NCBI GenBank assembly: GCA_002011735.1
Contig: MTOQ01000012.1
Span: forward strand, 2,259 to 66,258
Direction of reading: 5' to 3'
Origin: Nitrospirae bacterium JdFR-81
Lineage (GTDB): Bacteria > Nitrospirota > Thermodesulfovibrionia > UBA6902
Length of the DNA: 64,000 nt
The notes beneath the pieces were generated by a model, which was given only the letters and a program-made list of their open reading frames with translations, made no database searches and had not been told where the DNA came from. The position numbers were made by a program, and so were the translations under genes. This document shows, piece by piece, positions 1-9,404 of this stretch. Within the stretch, counting starts at the first letter, position 1, and each line of letters starts with the position of its first letter.

Positions 1-1698
1 ATACTCTGGCTTTGCCGTGCCCTCCATGATGCCCTTTATCTCCCTGAACTGCCTCCTCACCTCATCAACAACACCACCTGCTGCCTTTCCAACCGCCTCC
101 ATGAGGAGTGAGCCAAAGTAGAATGGTAGCAGTCCGCCTATGAAGAGTCCGACAAGCACCGTCGGGTCTGAGAGCCTGAAGGTGAGGTTCGCACCCCCGA
201 ATGACCTTGAGTATTCCGCAAAGAGCACCAGTGCTGCAAGACCTGCAGAGCCGATCGCATAGCCCTTTGTAACTGCCTTTGTTGTGTTTCCGACTGCATC
301 AAGCGGATCTGTTATGTTACGGATCTCATCAGGGAGCTCTGCCATCTCTGCTATTCCACCTGCATTGTCAGTGATTGGGCCATAGGAGTCTATGGCGACA
401 ACGATACCGGTCATCGAGAGCATCGAGACAGCGGACAGTGCGATGGCAAACAGTCCTGTAACCGCCTGCTCTGATGTGAGGTTTGTAAACCCGCCTGCTC
501 CGATATAAAAGGCTCCCAGTATCGCACCACTTATGGCCAGGACAGGCAGGCCTGTTGACTTCATGCTCACCGCAAGGCCTGCGATTATGTTGGTTGCATG
601 GCCTGTCTGGCTTGCTGCTGCTATGTGTTTCACAGGATTGAAGCTCTTTGAGGTGAAATACTCTGTGATCATAACGATCAGACCGGTGAGTATGAGCCCT
701 ATAAGGGCCGTCAGGAATACGCCACCTGCGGTAAATGCCTGTTCAACACCAGGCATCTTGAGGAACTTCACTGATGCGGCATAGAATGCTATGGCTGCAA
801 GTATGCCTGATGCTGCAAGGCCCTTATAAAGTGCACCCATTATATACTGGCTTTTACCAAGCTTCACGAAGAATGTGCCTATGATCGAGGCTATTATTGA
901 TATGCCACCGATAAGCAATGGGAAGACCACCCATGGGCTATCAGGGCCAAAGGCGGTCTTTGCAAGGAGGACCGCTGCCACTAATGTAACGACATAGGTC
1001 TCATAGAGGTCTGCTGCCATCCCTGCGCAGTCACCGACATTGTCGCCGACATTGTCTGCTATAACCGCTGGATTCCTTGGGTCGTCCTCTGGTATGCCTG
1101 CCTCAACCTTCCCGACGAGGTCTGCACCAACATCCGCTGCCTTTGTGTAGATACCACCAGCGATACGGGCAAAGACACTCATAAGGGAACAGCCAAAACC
1201 AAGGCCAACGAGTGCATGGAATGCGTCCTCGATGTGCCCGGACATCGCGGATGTGGTGAGCAGATAGAAGCCGGCTATGCTGAGGAGACCGAGTCCAACG
1301 ACCATGAGCCCTGTCACAGACCCACCCTTGAAGGCAAGTCTGAGGGCATTGTTGAGGCCACCATGTGCTGCCTGTGCCGTTCTGACATTCGCCCTCACCG
1401 TAACCATCATGCCGATATAACCTGCAAGTGCAGAACCGACAGCGCCAAGCAGGAAACCAAAGGCTGTCCAGATGCCAAGACCGGCCACAACGATAAGGAT
1501 GAAGATCACTATGCCCGCAACAAAGACCGTCTTGTATTCACGGGCAAGGAACGCCTGGGCCCCTTCCCTCACGGCATTTGAGATCGCCTGCATCCGTTCG
1601 CTTCCAGGGTCCTGTTTTGTCACCCATGCTGCGGTTGCCAGTGCATAGAAGACCGCAAGCAGACCGCTGAGCAGGGCAAAGATCACTATAGTATTCAT
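1..1698 (-). CDS. hppA: Membrane-bound H+-translocating pyrophosphatase, K+-independent type (3' end runs off the window)
   Basis: Absent from the ORF track; translated by hand from ATG at 1698, which has a GGAGG RBS. Begins [10 protein letters not shown] and contains [43 protein letters not shown] and [20 protein letters not shown]. Confidence 0.95.
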   Translation of the reverse strand, partial: MNTIVIFALLSGLLAVFYALATAAWVTKQDPGSERMQAISNAVREGAQAFLAREYKTVFVAGIVIFILIVVAGLGIWTAFGFLLGAVGSALAGYIGMMVTVRANVRTAQAAHGGLNNALRLAFKGGSVTGLMVVGLGLLSIAGFYLLTTSAMSGHIEDAFHALVGLGFGCSLMSVFARIAGGIYTKAADVGADLVGKVEAGIPEDDPRNPAVIADNVGDNVGDCAGMAADLYETYVVTLVAAVLLAKTAFGPDSPWVVFPLLIGGISIIASIIGTFFVKLGKSQYIMGALYKGLAASGILAAIAFYAASVKFLKMPGVEQAFTAGGVFLTALIGLILTGLIVMITEYFTSKSFNPVKHIAAASQTGHATNIIAGLAVSMKSTGLPVLAISGAILGAFYIGAGGFTNLTSEQAVTGLFAIALSAVSMLSMTGIVVAIDSYGPITDNAGGIAEMAELPDEIRNITDPLDAVGNTTKAVTKGYAIGSAGLAALVLFAEYSRSFGGANLTFRLSDPTVLVGLFIGGLLPFYFGSLLMEAVGKAAGGVVDEVRRQFREIKGIMEGTAKPEY

Positions 1699-1733
1699 CT
1701 ATATAACCTCCCTTTTAAGATAGTTTTCTGTCC

Positions 1734-2858
1734 TCATCCCTCGGCCTGCGCCCTATCCCTCCCTGAGTATTTATTAAAGACCATCGCCGTGGTCCTGTAG
1801 AAGAGGTGGGCAAGCTTGGAAAATGGCAGATACACAAAGAGCGAGAAGACAAAGACCAGGTGTATGAAGTATATCGGATATGCAAGTATGGCTATGCCTG
1901 CAAGCCTCGTGAGCCATGAGAGTATCCCTGATGCCGCGATTACACTGATTATGCCTATGAGGAGCCAGTCGAAATAGCTCCCAAGCCCAACCTTCGGGGC
2001 GTTTGCATACCTGTTCTTTATCATGAGTATGATGCCTATCAGCAGGCCTATTGCACCGATAAGGCCGAATAGCTTCACCGGTGTCCCGTAGCCAAACCTG
2101 AATGGTGAGTGCTTGCCAAGGATATCAATATAAAGCACACCAAAGCTCGTTGCAATGGCAAGGGATACAAAGCTGTAAAAGACCAGGAGGTGAGAGGTGT
2201 ATCTGTCCTTGTTAACCCCGCAGTTCTTGAATTTTGAGTGTGGCAGTATCTCCTTCAGGGCCTCGATGACGCTGTTCTTCAGGTTGGTGGTGGTGCAGTC
2301 AGGACATCCATACCTCTGCTTCATATCCTGCCAGAACTTCTTTATACCCAGCAGTCCAACGATGACACCGAAGGCCAGGGCGGGTATGAAGATGATCTGG
2401 ATCGTGTGCACCGGAAACATGTTTGTGAATACGATCTTCCCTGAGGGTATATCAAAATTGGCAGCAAGTGCAAGGATCAGGGCAGGTATTATGAAGAGCA
2501 GGGGCAGATACTTCCTGTCGTTCACAATATTAACCAGGAACTTTGGAGAGGAATACTGGGCAATGGTCTGTTTCCTTATCGCACCAAGGACCTCTCCTGG
2601 CTTGGCACCCCTTGGGCAATAGGCTGTGCAGTCGTTACACTGGTGACAGAGCCAGACATCGGGGTTGCCGATAAACTTCTCCTTCAGGCCCCACTGCGCC
2701 CACACCATCTCCTTCCTGGGGAATGGGTTGTTATCAGGGGTCACGTTGCAGACGACCGAGCATGTGGCACACTGATAACACCTCTTGAGGGTATCGCCAC
2801 CTGCGGCTATGACACCCTTTACAAAATCAAGGTCAGGCCTTATCACTTGTTCTGCCAT
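1734..2858 (-). CDS. qmoC: QmoC, membrane subunit of the Qmo complex (HdrC-like 4Fe-4S domain plus HdrE-like heme b domain)
   Basis: CYQCATCSVVC and CHQCNDCTAYCP motifs, several TM helices, YLPFSKLAH. Start set at the ATG with a GGAGG RBS. Follows qmoAB. Confidence 0.93.
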   Translation of the reverse strand: MAEQVIRPDLDFVKGVIAAGGDTLKRCYQCATCSVVCNVTPDNNPFPRKEMVWAQWGLKEKFIGNPDVWLCHQCNDCTAYCPRGAKPGEVLGAIRKQTIAQYSSPKFLVNIVNDRKYLPLLFIIPALILALAANFDIPSGKIVFTNMFPVHTIQIIFIPALAFGVIVGLLGIKKFWQDMKQRYGCPDCTTTNLKNSVIEALKEILPHSKFKNCGVNKDRYTSHLLVFYSFVSLAIATSFGVLYIDILGKHSPFRFGYGTPVKLFGLIGAIGLLIGIILMIKNRYANAPKVGLGSYFDWLLIGIISVIAASGILSWLTRLAGIAILAYPIYFIHLVFVFSLFVYLPFSKLAHLFYRTTAMVFNKYSGRDRAQAEG

Positions 2859-2879
2859 ATATTTAACCTCCAAAGCTCA

Positions 2880-2926
2880 TGATGCGTGATGAGTAATGTG
2901 TAATGAGAACAAATTTTACTCATTAC
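2880..2926. repeat. Degenerate heptamer tandem repeat with an inverted copy (stem-loop)
   Basis: TGATGCG TGATGAG TAATGTG TAATGAG (2880-2907). GTAATGAG pairs with CTCATTAC (2919-2926). Confidence 0.6.
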
Positions 2927-2929
2927 GAT

Positions 2930-5164
2930 TTAAAATTCCTTGAATGGATTCGGCTCGAACTCCTCCATCTTCTCTACATAATCATCGAGTATCTGCGGGA
3001 GTTTATCGTAATCAGATATAGAGAGCTGGACGAGCTCCACCCTCTCGGGCTCGAGCATCAGCCTGCCAAGGGTCTCCTGGAGCTTACCAAGCCTCTCCTT
3101 TGCAAGCTCACTGCCACGCACAAAGTGGCACTGATAGTTCTCACCAAACTTGCAGCCAAGCAGTATCACTCCATCGATACCCTTTGAGAGGGCATCGGCA
3201 ATCCATGCAAGGTTGAGGTTACCAAGACACCTCACGGGTACAAACCTTATTGGTGGCAGCTTCTCCCGCCTGATGGCAGCCGCATCAAGGGCCGGATAGG
3301 CGTCATTCTCACAGGCAAGGCCGACAAGCCTCAGGCCCTCCTCTGGCACATCCACATTCTTCAGCATCGAGGCTATCATGTTTATATTAAAGTCCTTAAA
3401 GTTTATCACGCGCTCAGGACATGCACCGAGGCATGTGCCACACCTCCTGCATCGGGTCATCTTGTGATAGGGTGTGCCCTTTTCATCCTCGTCTATCGCA
3501 CCGAATGGGCACTCCTCTGTGCACCTCTTACAGGATGTGCACTTCTGGAGGTTGACCTCCGGGTAGGTCTGATCCCATGCCCTTGGATGCACTGAATAAC
3601 CATTCGCCACGGCCTCAACACACTGGATCGCCTTCATCGCGGCACCCATGGCATCCTCGATACACTGGAGCATGTTCATGGGCTGTCTAACACTGCCTGC
3701 TGCATAGATGCCCGTACGCCTCGTCTCATACTGGAAGCATATATAGTTTGAGTCTGTATAACCATAGGCCTCATCAAGCACAGGGAGCTCGGGGCCCTGA
3801 CGATACTGGAGTTTGAGGATGTTCGGAACCTTATGGGGTTCAAGTGGTGCGTTGGGATCAGGCTTTCCACCTGATGCAGCAAGCTGTTCATCGTATATCT
3901 TCTTCCATTTTGCAAGCTCTTCGGGCTCAACCTTTGTATTCGGCTCCATGCCCACCGCAAGCACAACAAGGTCTGCCTCTATCTTCACATCCCCACCAAG
4001 CAGGGTGTCCTTCACACTGACATAGAGGCTGCCGCCCGAGACGTCAACACCTGTAACCTCACCCTTTGTGAGCATGACCCCAGGGTCGTCCTGCATCTTC
4101 TTATAGAAGAGTTCATATTGCCCTGGTGTCCTCATGTCCTTGTATATGATATAGGCCATCGCATCAGGGTTCAGCCTCCTCACATATGAGGCCTGCTTCA
4201 GCGATGTGAGACAGCAGTATGAGGAGCAGTATGGTAGGTGGTTCGGATCCCTTGAGCCCGCACACTGGATAAACGCAACCCTCTTGACCTCCCTTCCGTC
4301 AGATGGCCTCGTGATCCTGCCCTTTGATGCGATCTCCTCCATCTGGAGGTTTGTGATGACATCAGGGCTCTTGCCATATCCAAGGTGTTCAAGCTTGTTG
4401 GCATCATACGGCCTGAAGCCTGCGGCCAGCACGATCGCACCTGCTATCCTCTTCTGCAGTCCATCGGCTGTCTTTATCTCCACCTCGAACTGCCCTGGGA
4501 AGCCTGATATCTTATCTATCTCGGATGATGTGAAGACCTCTATATTTGAATGGGACCTCACCCTCTCTATGGTGGCCTTTACCGTCGGCTCTTCAAGGTC
4601 TTCAAATGGATACCTCTGTGGAAGCTGTTTGTGCAATCTGGATGCCCAGCCACCAAGCTCATCGCCCTTCTCAACAAGATAGACCTTGTAGCCTGCATCA
4701 GCCACACCAAGGGCAGAGGTCATGCCTGTTATGCCACCACCGATGACGAGTATGTCCTTGCTCGGCTGTTCAAGGAGGTATGGCTCGGGGAGGTCTGAGT
4801 TCTGTGTCCTCACAATCCCCATCCTCACATAGTCCTCGGCAAGGGCCTGTGTCTCCTCCTCCTTTGGAGGTTGAGTCCATGCGACCAGCTCCCTTATGTT
4901 GGCCCTCTCCACGACCGTGCCATTAAAACTGAATTCCTGATGTTTTGCACGGGGAGAGCAGGCCACGATCAGGACTGCATTCACCCCCTCTCCCTTGATG
5001 TCACCCTTTATGAGATCCAGCCCCTCGGGACTGCAGAGGATGTCATGAGTCTTACATACAGGAACCTTATACTCCTTCTCGGCAACCTCGACCAGCTTCT
5101 CGACCTCCACTGCATCGGCGATACCACAACCCTTACATATATAAACCCCTATCTTCTTTTCCAT
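2930..5164 (-). CDS. qmoB: QmoB (HdrA-like FAD domain, ferredoxin domain and MvhD-like domain)
   Basis: GGGITG FAD motif, QCAGSRD..CSSYCC, CTSCKRCTEECP, CRRCGTCLGACP, and C-terminal ACENDAY/GCKFGENYQCHF. Confidence 0.95.
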   Translation of the reverse strand: MEKKIGVYICKGCGIADAVEVEKLVEVAEKEYKVPVCKTHDILCSPEGLDLIKGDIKGEGVNAVLIVACSPRAKHQEFSFNGTVVERANIRELVAWTQPPKEEETQALAEDYVRMGIVRTQNSDLPEPYLLEQPSKDILVIGGGITGMTSALGVADAGYKVYLVEKGDELGGWASRLHKQLPQRYPFEDLEEPTVKATIERVRSHSNIEVFTSSEIDKISGFPGQFEVEIKTADGLQKRIAGAIVLAAGFRPYDANKLEHLGYGKSPDVITNLQMEEIASKGRITRPSDGREVKRVAFIQCAGSRDPNHLPYCSSYCCLTSLKQASYVRRLNPDAMAYIIYKDMRTPGQYELFYKKMQDDPGVMLTKGEVTGVDVSGGSLYVSVKDTLLGGDVKIEADLVVLAVGMEPNTKVEPEELAKWKKIYDEQLAASGGKPDPNAPLEPHKVPNILKLQYRQGPELPVLDEAYGYTDSNYICFQYETRRTGIYAAGSVRQPMNMLQCIEDAMGAAMKAIQCVEAVANGYSVHPRAWDQTYPEVNLQKCTSCKRCTEECPFGAIDEDEKGTPYHKMTRCRRCGTCLGACPERVINFKDFNINMIASMLKNVDVPEEGLRLVGLACENDAYPALDAAAIRREKLPPIRFVPVRCLGNLNLAWIADALSKGIDGVILLGCKFGENYQCHFVRGSELAKERLGKLQETLGRLMLEPERVELVQLSISDYDKLPQILDDYVEKMEEFEPNPFKEF

Positions 5165-6429
5165 CAGGATAACCTCCCTAAAATCTGTATGGCCTTAAGG
5201 GCAGCGCCTGTGGCATCCTGCACCGACTGTGCAACATCCATTGGGTTCTTTGCACAGCCAACTGCAAATATACCAGGCCTGTCCCTGTCAGGGACTACAA
5301 AGCCGTTCTCATTGACCCTCACCTCATCAGGCAGCTTCACCTCTGAGACCGTTGGGGCCATTCCGGTGGCAAGGACACAGAGGTCAACGGCCATCTTCTT
5401 CTTCTGGCCCGCAAGTATGTCCTCATACTCCACGATGATGTCCTTTGTTGAGACATCCTCATATACCTTTGCAACCTTACCCTTGATGAGGGAGATATTC
5501 TCATCCTCCTTCACCTTATTGAGAAACCGCTCGAATGAGGTCCCTGGTGTCCTGAGGTCTATATAGAACATATAGGCCTTTGAATCAGGATACTGCTCCC
5601 TCACATATGTTGCCTGTTTGAGCGAGGCAAGACAGCACACCGCTGAACAGAACGGGAGGTGGTTCTCATCCCTTGAGCCTGCACACTGGACGAATGCAAC
5701 CCTCTTGACCTCCCTTCCATCAGACGGCCTGGTGAGCTTGCCCTTTGTGGGACCATTTGGTGAGGCAAGCCTCTCCATCATCACATTGGTTATGATATCA
5801 GGGCTCGTCCCGAAGCCAAGGTTATCCATCCTTGATGCATCATAAGGCTTCCACCCTGTCGCAAGGATGATGGCTCCGGCATTGATCTCTATCACCTCGG
5901 GCTTCATATTCAGGTCGATCGCATTGTATTTGCACGCATCAACACACTTTGCACAGTCAGACTTCTTGCATGCAACATCGTCTATTACATATTTAAACGG
6001 GAAGGCGTGTTCGTAAGGGATGTATGCGGCCTTCCTCTTGTCAAGGCCGAAGTTAACATCATTAGAGACCTCCACAGGGCATGCCTCTGTGCATGCATTA
6101 CAACCCACACACCTGTCGTTGACATAACGGGGGTTTAACTGGATAGAGATGTTATAGTTGCCTGCACTACCCTCTATCCTCTCGATCTCCGCGAGGGTGT
6201 AGAACCTTATCCTCGGGTTGAACTTTATCCTCCTGAAGTTTATCTCAAGACCACAGGTAGGAGGACAGAGCTTGGGGAAGTACTTATTCATCCTCGCCAC
6301 CCTGCCACCAAGGAAGGGTGTCTTCTCCACTATTACAGCATTATAACCCGCCTCTGCCGCCTCCACAGCAGCAGTAAGGCCGCTTATGCCGCCTCCCACA
6401 ACAAGGATCGTCTTCTCTTGTTCTGCCAT
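5164..6429 (-). CDS. qmoA: QmoA (HdrA-like flavoprotein)
   Basis: VVGGGISG, KYFPKLCPPTCG, QCAGSRDENHLPFCSAVCC. ATG at 6429 with a GGAGG RBS. Directly downstream of aprA. Confidence 0.95.
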   Translation of the reverse strand: MAEQEKTILVVGGGISGLTAAVEAAEAGYNAVIVEKTPFLGGRVARMNKYFPKLCPPTCGLEINFRRIKFNPRIRFYTLAEIERIEGSAGNYNISIQLNPRYVNDRCVGCNACTEACPVEVSNDVNFGLDKRKAAYIPYEHAFPFKYVIDDVACKKSDCAKCVDACKYNAIDLNMKPEVIEINAGAIILATGWKPYDASRMDNLGFGTSPDIITNVMMERLASPNGPTKGKLTRPSDGREVKRVAFVQCAGSRDENHLPFCSAVCCLASLKQATYVREQYPDSKAYMFYIDLRTPGTSFERFLNKVKEDENISLIKGKVAKVYEDVSTKDIIVEYEDILAGQKKKMAVDLCVLATGMAPTVSEVKLPDEVRVNENGFVVPDRDRPGIFAVGCAKNPMDVAQSVQDATGAALKAIQILGRLS

Positions 6430-6447
6430 AAACAAGCCTCCATAAAA

Positions 6448-6519
6448 AGGGTTATTAAGGCCATCAGTTCATGATGACCTTAATAACCCTCTGGGTGCCA
6501 GCAAACGGCACCCAGAGGG
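6448..6519 (-). terminator. Two overlapping stem-loops between aprA and qmoA; the second is followed by a U-tract
   Basis: On the mRNA: CCCTCTGGGTGCC-N7-GGCACCCAGAGGG, then AGGGTTATTAAGG-T-CATCA-N5-TGATG-G-CCTTAATAACCCT followed by TTTT. Confidence 0.7.
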
Positions 6520-6527
6520 GATCTGCC

Positions 6528-8564
6528 TTAGCTCACGATCTGGACATATGGCCTCTTGGAGAGGGTCCACTCGTCCTTCTCTGCGTCGTACTTTGCGATG
6601 GTGAAGCACTTCCAGTTGTCGTCATCGATGAAGTCCTTGTCAGCCCTGTAGTAGTAGCCAGGATACCTGGACTCCTCTCTGAAGAGGATGGACCTTGCAT
6701 GTGCCTCAGCAGTGATCACCCTGTGATAGTTCTCCCAGCATCTGAGGAGTTCATGGAGGTTTGACGCAGCAAGCCTGTTGGCATCCTCCTTGAGGAGCTG
6801 GAGCCTCCTGAGGCCCTCCTCTATCATGGTCTTACTTGTCTTGAACCATGTGCCCACACCACCGAAGTACTCGTCCGCTATCTTCATGAGCCTCTTCTGG
6901 AACTGGTCGGGCTTTATGAAGTGAGGGTTCACGCTTATGTGGTGTGGTGAGGTTGTGTAGGTCTTGTACTTCTCGTAGATCTCAAACGGCAGATACATCT
7001 CGGCAACAAGATCATCCACATTCTCCCTCAGTGTGGGGTTGAAGTCCATGTGGTCGAGGATATAGGCGATGGCCGCCTTGCCTGCAATCCTTCCCTCAGC
7101 GTGTGAGCCTGATGAGAACTTATGTCCTGAGGCACCGCAGGTGTCACCAGCCATAAAGAGGCCATTAACAGTGGACATCCTGTTGTAGCCCCAGTGCCAC
7201 TCAGCAGGTGCACCAGGTATATCGCCAGGACCACTCACCCAGAAGCCCGCGCAGCCTGCATGAGAGCCAAGGAAGTAGGGCTCTGACGGGATGATCTCTG
7301 ACGGGACCTTGTCAGGCTCGATGTTGTTTGCTGCCCACATACCTGCCTGACCGATGGTCATGTCCAGGAAGTCCTCCCATGCCTCTGCCTCAAGGTGCTT
7401 GAGCTTCTTCTTACCCTCCTTCTCACCAAGCTTCTCCACGAACAGCTTACCTATCTCAGCCATTGCCTTGTCTGTATGCATCAGGATCGGTGCCTTACCA
7501 CGGATCATCGCCTCCATCATCAGGTGGTTCCTGATACAGGTACCCATGGTATCCACATACTTGCCATACTTCTTCTTTGCGTCCTCCACATACTCGGGAT
7601 TTGCACAGTAATCATCTCCCTCACTGTCTGTGGCCTTTGCCTTGAAGAAGAGGAACCACGCACCAACAGGACCGTATCCGTCCTTGAACCTTGCAGGGAC
7701 AAACCTGTTCTCCATCTGGACAAGCTCTGCCCCTACGAGGGCGCCCATTGCGTATCCTGAGCCGGCATTCCAGACAGGGAACCATGTCCTTCCCATTCCC
7801 TCACCGACCGAGCGGGGCCTGAAGACATTGACACAACCACCAGGCACAAGCAGTATCGCCTTTGCCCTGAAGATGAATACCTTGTTCTCCCTGACACTGA
7901 AGCCGATTGCTCCTGCAATGGTGTTCTCCTTGTTTGCATCAAGGAGGAGTCGGGTTATAAAGACCCTTTCAAAGTGGTTCTGCTGAACACCTGTTGCCTG
8001 CCTGTTAGACTCAAGGGCCTTCTTTGCAGCCTCTGCAACGATCACCTTGTAGGACTCTCCATTGATCATTATCTGCCATTTACCTGACCTGACAACGATG
8101 CTCTCCCTCTCTGCATCATCCTTGCAGTCTATCAGCAGGGGCTTGCCAGCATCCCTTGCCTGGTGACCGTCAAGGGAGAAACCATCATCACCCTTCTTCC
8201 AGATGGGGAGTCCCCATTTCTCAAAGAGATGGACGCTGTTGTCCACATGCCTGCCAAGGTCGTAGACCAGATCCTCCCTGATGATGCCCATCAGGTCGTT
8301 CCTCACATACCTCACATAGTCCTCAACCTTGTTACCACCCATATAGGTGTTTATCGCGGAAAGGCCCATCGCAACAGCACCACTGCGGTCTGTTGCAGCC
8401 TTATCAACCAGTGTAATCCTTATCTTCTTGGGGTTTGCCCAGGCAGCAGCCTCAAATGCAGCACCGCAGCCCGCCATACCACCACCGATGATGAGGAAGT
8501 CTGTCTCGTGCTCCACGACCTCGGGCTTTGCACAGTATGAAAATGTGCAGGTTTCCTTTTCCAT
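6528..8564 (-). CDS. aprA: Adenylylsulfate (APS) reductase alpha subunit
   Basis: IIGGGMAGCG, RSGAVAMGLSAINTY, GKWQIMINGESYK, RFKDGYGPVGAW, GHKFSSGSHAEG. ATG at 8564 after GGAGG. Confidence 0.98.
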   Translation of the reverse strand: MEKETCTFSYCAKPEVVEHETDFLIIGGGMAGCGAAFEAAAWANPKKIRITLVDKAATDRSGAVAMGLSAINTYMGGNKVEDYVRYVRNDLMGIIREDLVYDLGRHVDNSVHLFEKWGLPIWKKGDDGFSLDGHQARDAGKPLLIDCKDDAERESIVVRSGKWQIMINGESYKVIVAEAAKKALESNRQATGVQQNHFERVFITRLLLDANKENTIAGAIGFSVRENKVFIFRAKAILLVPGGCVNVFRPRSVGEGMGRTWFPVWNAGSGYAMGALVGAELVQMENRFVPARFKDGYGPVGAWFLFFKAKATDSEGDDYCANPEYVEDAKKKYGKYVDTMGTCIRNHLMMEAMIRGKAPILMHTDKAMAEIGKLFVEKLGEKEGKKKLKHLEAEAWEDFLDMTIGQAGMWAANNIEPDKVPSEIIPSEPYFLGSHAGCAGFWVSGPGDIPGAPAEWHWGYNRMSTVNGLFMAGDTCGASGHKFSSGSHAEGRIAGKAAIAYILDHMDFNPTLRENVDDLVAEMYLPFEIYEKYKTYTTSPHHISVNPHFIKPDQFQKRLMKIADEYFGGVGTWFKTSKTMIEEGLRRLQLLKEDANRLAASNLHELLRCWENYHRVITAEAHARSILFREESRYPGYYYRADKDFIDDDNWKCFTIAKYDAEKDEWTLSKRPYVQIVS

Positions 8565-8582
8565 TGTCTTCACCTCCTATTT

Positions 8583-9002
8583 TTATTCCTTTTTTGCTTC
8601 ATAGCAGAAATAGCCTGGCTCCTTTATCTTTGAGTAGTCAGGCTCTGGCATACCTGCATATGGATCGATTGAACCCTCTGGCGTAAGCCTGATGGGGAAC
8701 TTGAACCTCTTGAGCACGCCGTTACGGAACTTGATGGTCCACATAATGGAGTCAGTACCCCTCATGGGGATGACGCTTCCACCAAGGGGGATGTAGTCTG
8801 CATATCCCCTCACCTCAATGGCCTGCTGTGGGCATATCTTCACACAGTTGTAGCACTCCCAGCACTGCTCTGGCTCCTGATTGTAGGCCTTCATTATCTC
8901 CCTGTTCAGGGTCATGAGGTCGTGGGGACAGATATACTGGCAGGCCGTCTTGTCCTGCGCCTTACAGCCGTCGCATTTCTCTGCGATCACAAAACTTGGC
9001 AT
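8583..9002 (-). CDS. aprB: APS reductase beta subunit
   Basis: CDGC..ACQYICP, CWECYNCVKICP, IMWTIKFRNG..KRFKFPIR. Confidence 0.97.
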   Translation of the reverse strand: MPSFVIAEKCDGCKAQDKTACQYICPHDLMTLNREIMKAYNQEPEQCWECYNCVKICPQQAIEVRGYADYIPLGGSVIPMRGTDSIMWTIKFRNGVLKRFKFPIRLTPEGSIDPYAGMPEPDYSKIKEPGYFCYEAKKE

Positions 9003-9033
9003 CTCCTAACCTCCTTTTTTTAATTTATTTTTT

Positions 9034-9080
9034 ATCCGTTGAAAGGGACAACGGATGTTCTCCGATATTCACCCCCTTTC
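9034..9080 (-). promoter_or_regulatory. Stem-loop with possible pseudoknot or alternative pairing upstream of aprB
   Basis: mRNA hairpin AUCCGUUG-UCCCUUU-CAACGGAU. Upstream GAAAGGGG is complementary to the loop. An A-rich tract and AGGAGG follow. Confidence 0.45.
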
Positions 9081-9093
9081 CTTGATGAGTATT

Positions 9094-9390
9094 TTAATGA
9101 GACTTTAAGAAATCATCAATCACATCTATGCTCTTCTTCTCCACCACAAGGTCGAATATCCTGTCCTTCACCTCCCTCGGAAGGAGCTCGATGCTCTTCG
9201 TCGTGCTGCTGTCAAACTTTGCCATGGGATAGAGCTTCAGTATCTGATCCTTCTGTGCATCATCGGCAAACACCTGTATGACCTTGAGGCCTGCAAGCTT
9301 CTCCTTACACATATCTGCAAGGCCCGCATTCTTCAGCTTCTCGTATCTCTCCTCATTCACCCATAGATTGATAGGATACTTCTCTCCCAT
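9094..9390 (-). CDS. Uncharacterised 98-aa soluble protein between sat and aprB
   Basis: Strong GGAGGT RBS, host-like codon usage, 14 bp after the sat stop, fills the gap in the cluster. Confidence 0.85.
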   Translation of the reverse strand: MGEKYPINLWVNEERYEKLKNAGLADMCKEKLAGLKVIQVFADDAQKDQILKLYPMAKFDSSTTKSIELLPREVKDRIFDLVVEKKSIDVIDDFLKSH

Positions 9391-9404
9391 TCTCTTACCT
9401 CCCT

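Noticed and set aside
533..1581. Short plus-strand ORFs 533-784 and 1216-1581
   Set aside because: They lie opposite hppA, which the ORF track missed because it runs off the window.
1734..6429. Selenocysteine read-through at the TGA stops of qmoA and qmoC
   Set aside because: Both proteins are full length at the TGA, qmoA's stop overlaps the qmoB start, and the catalytic positions are ordinary Cys.
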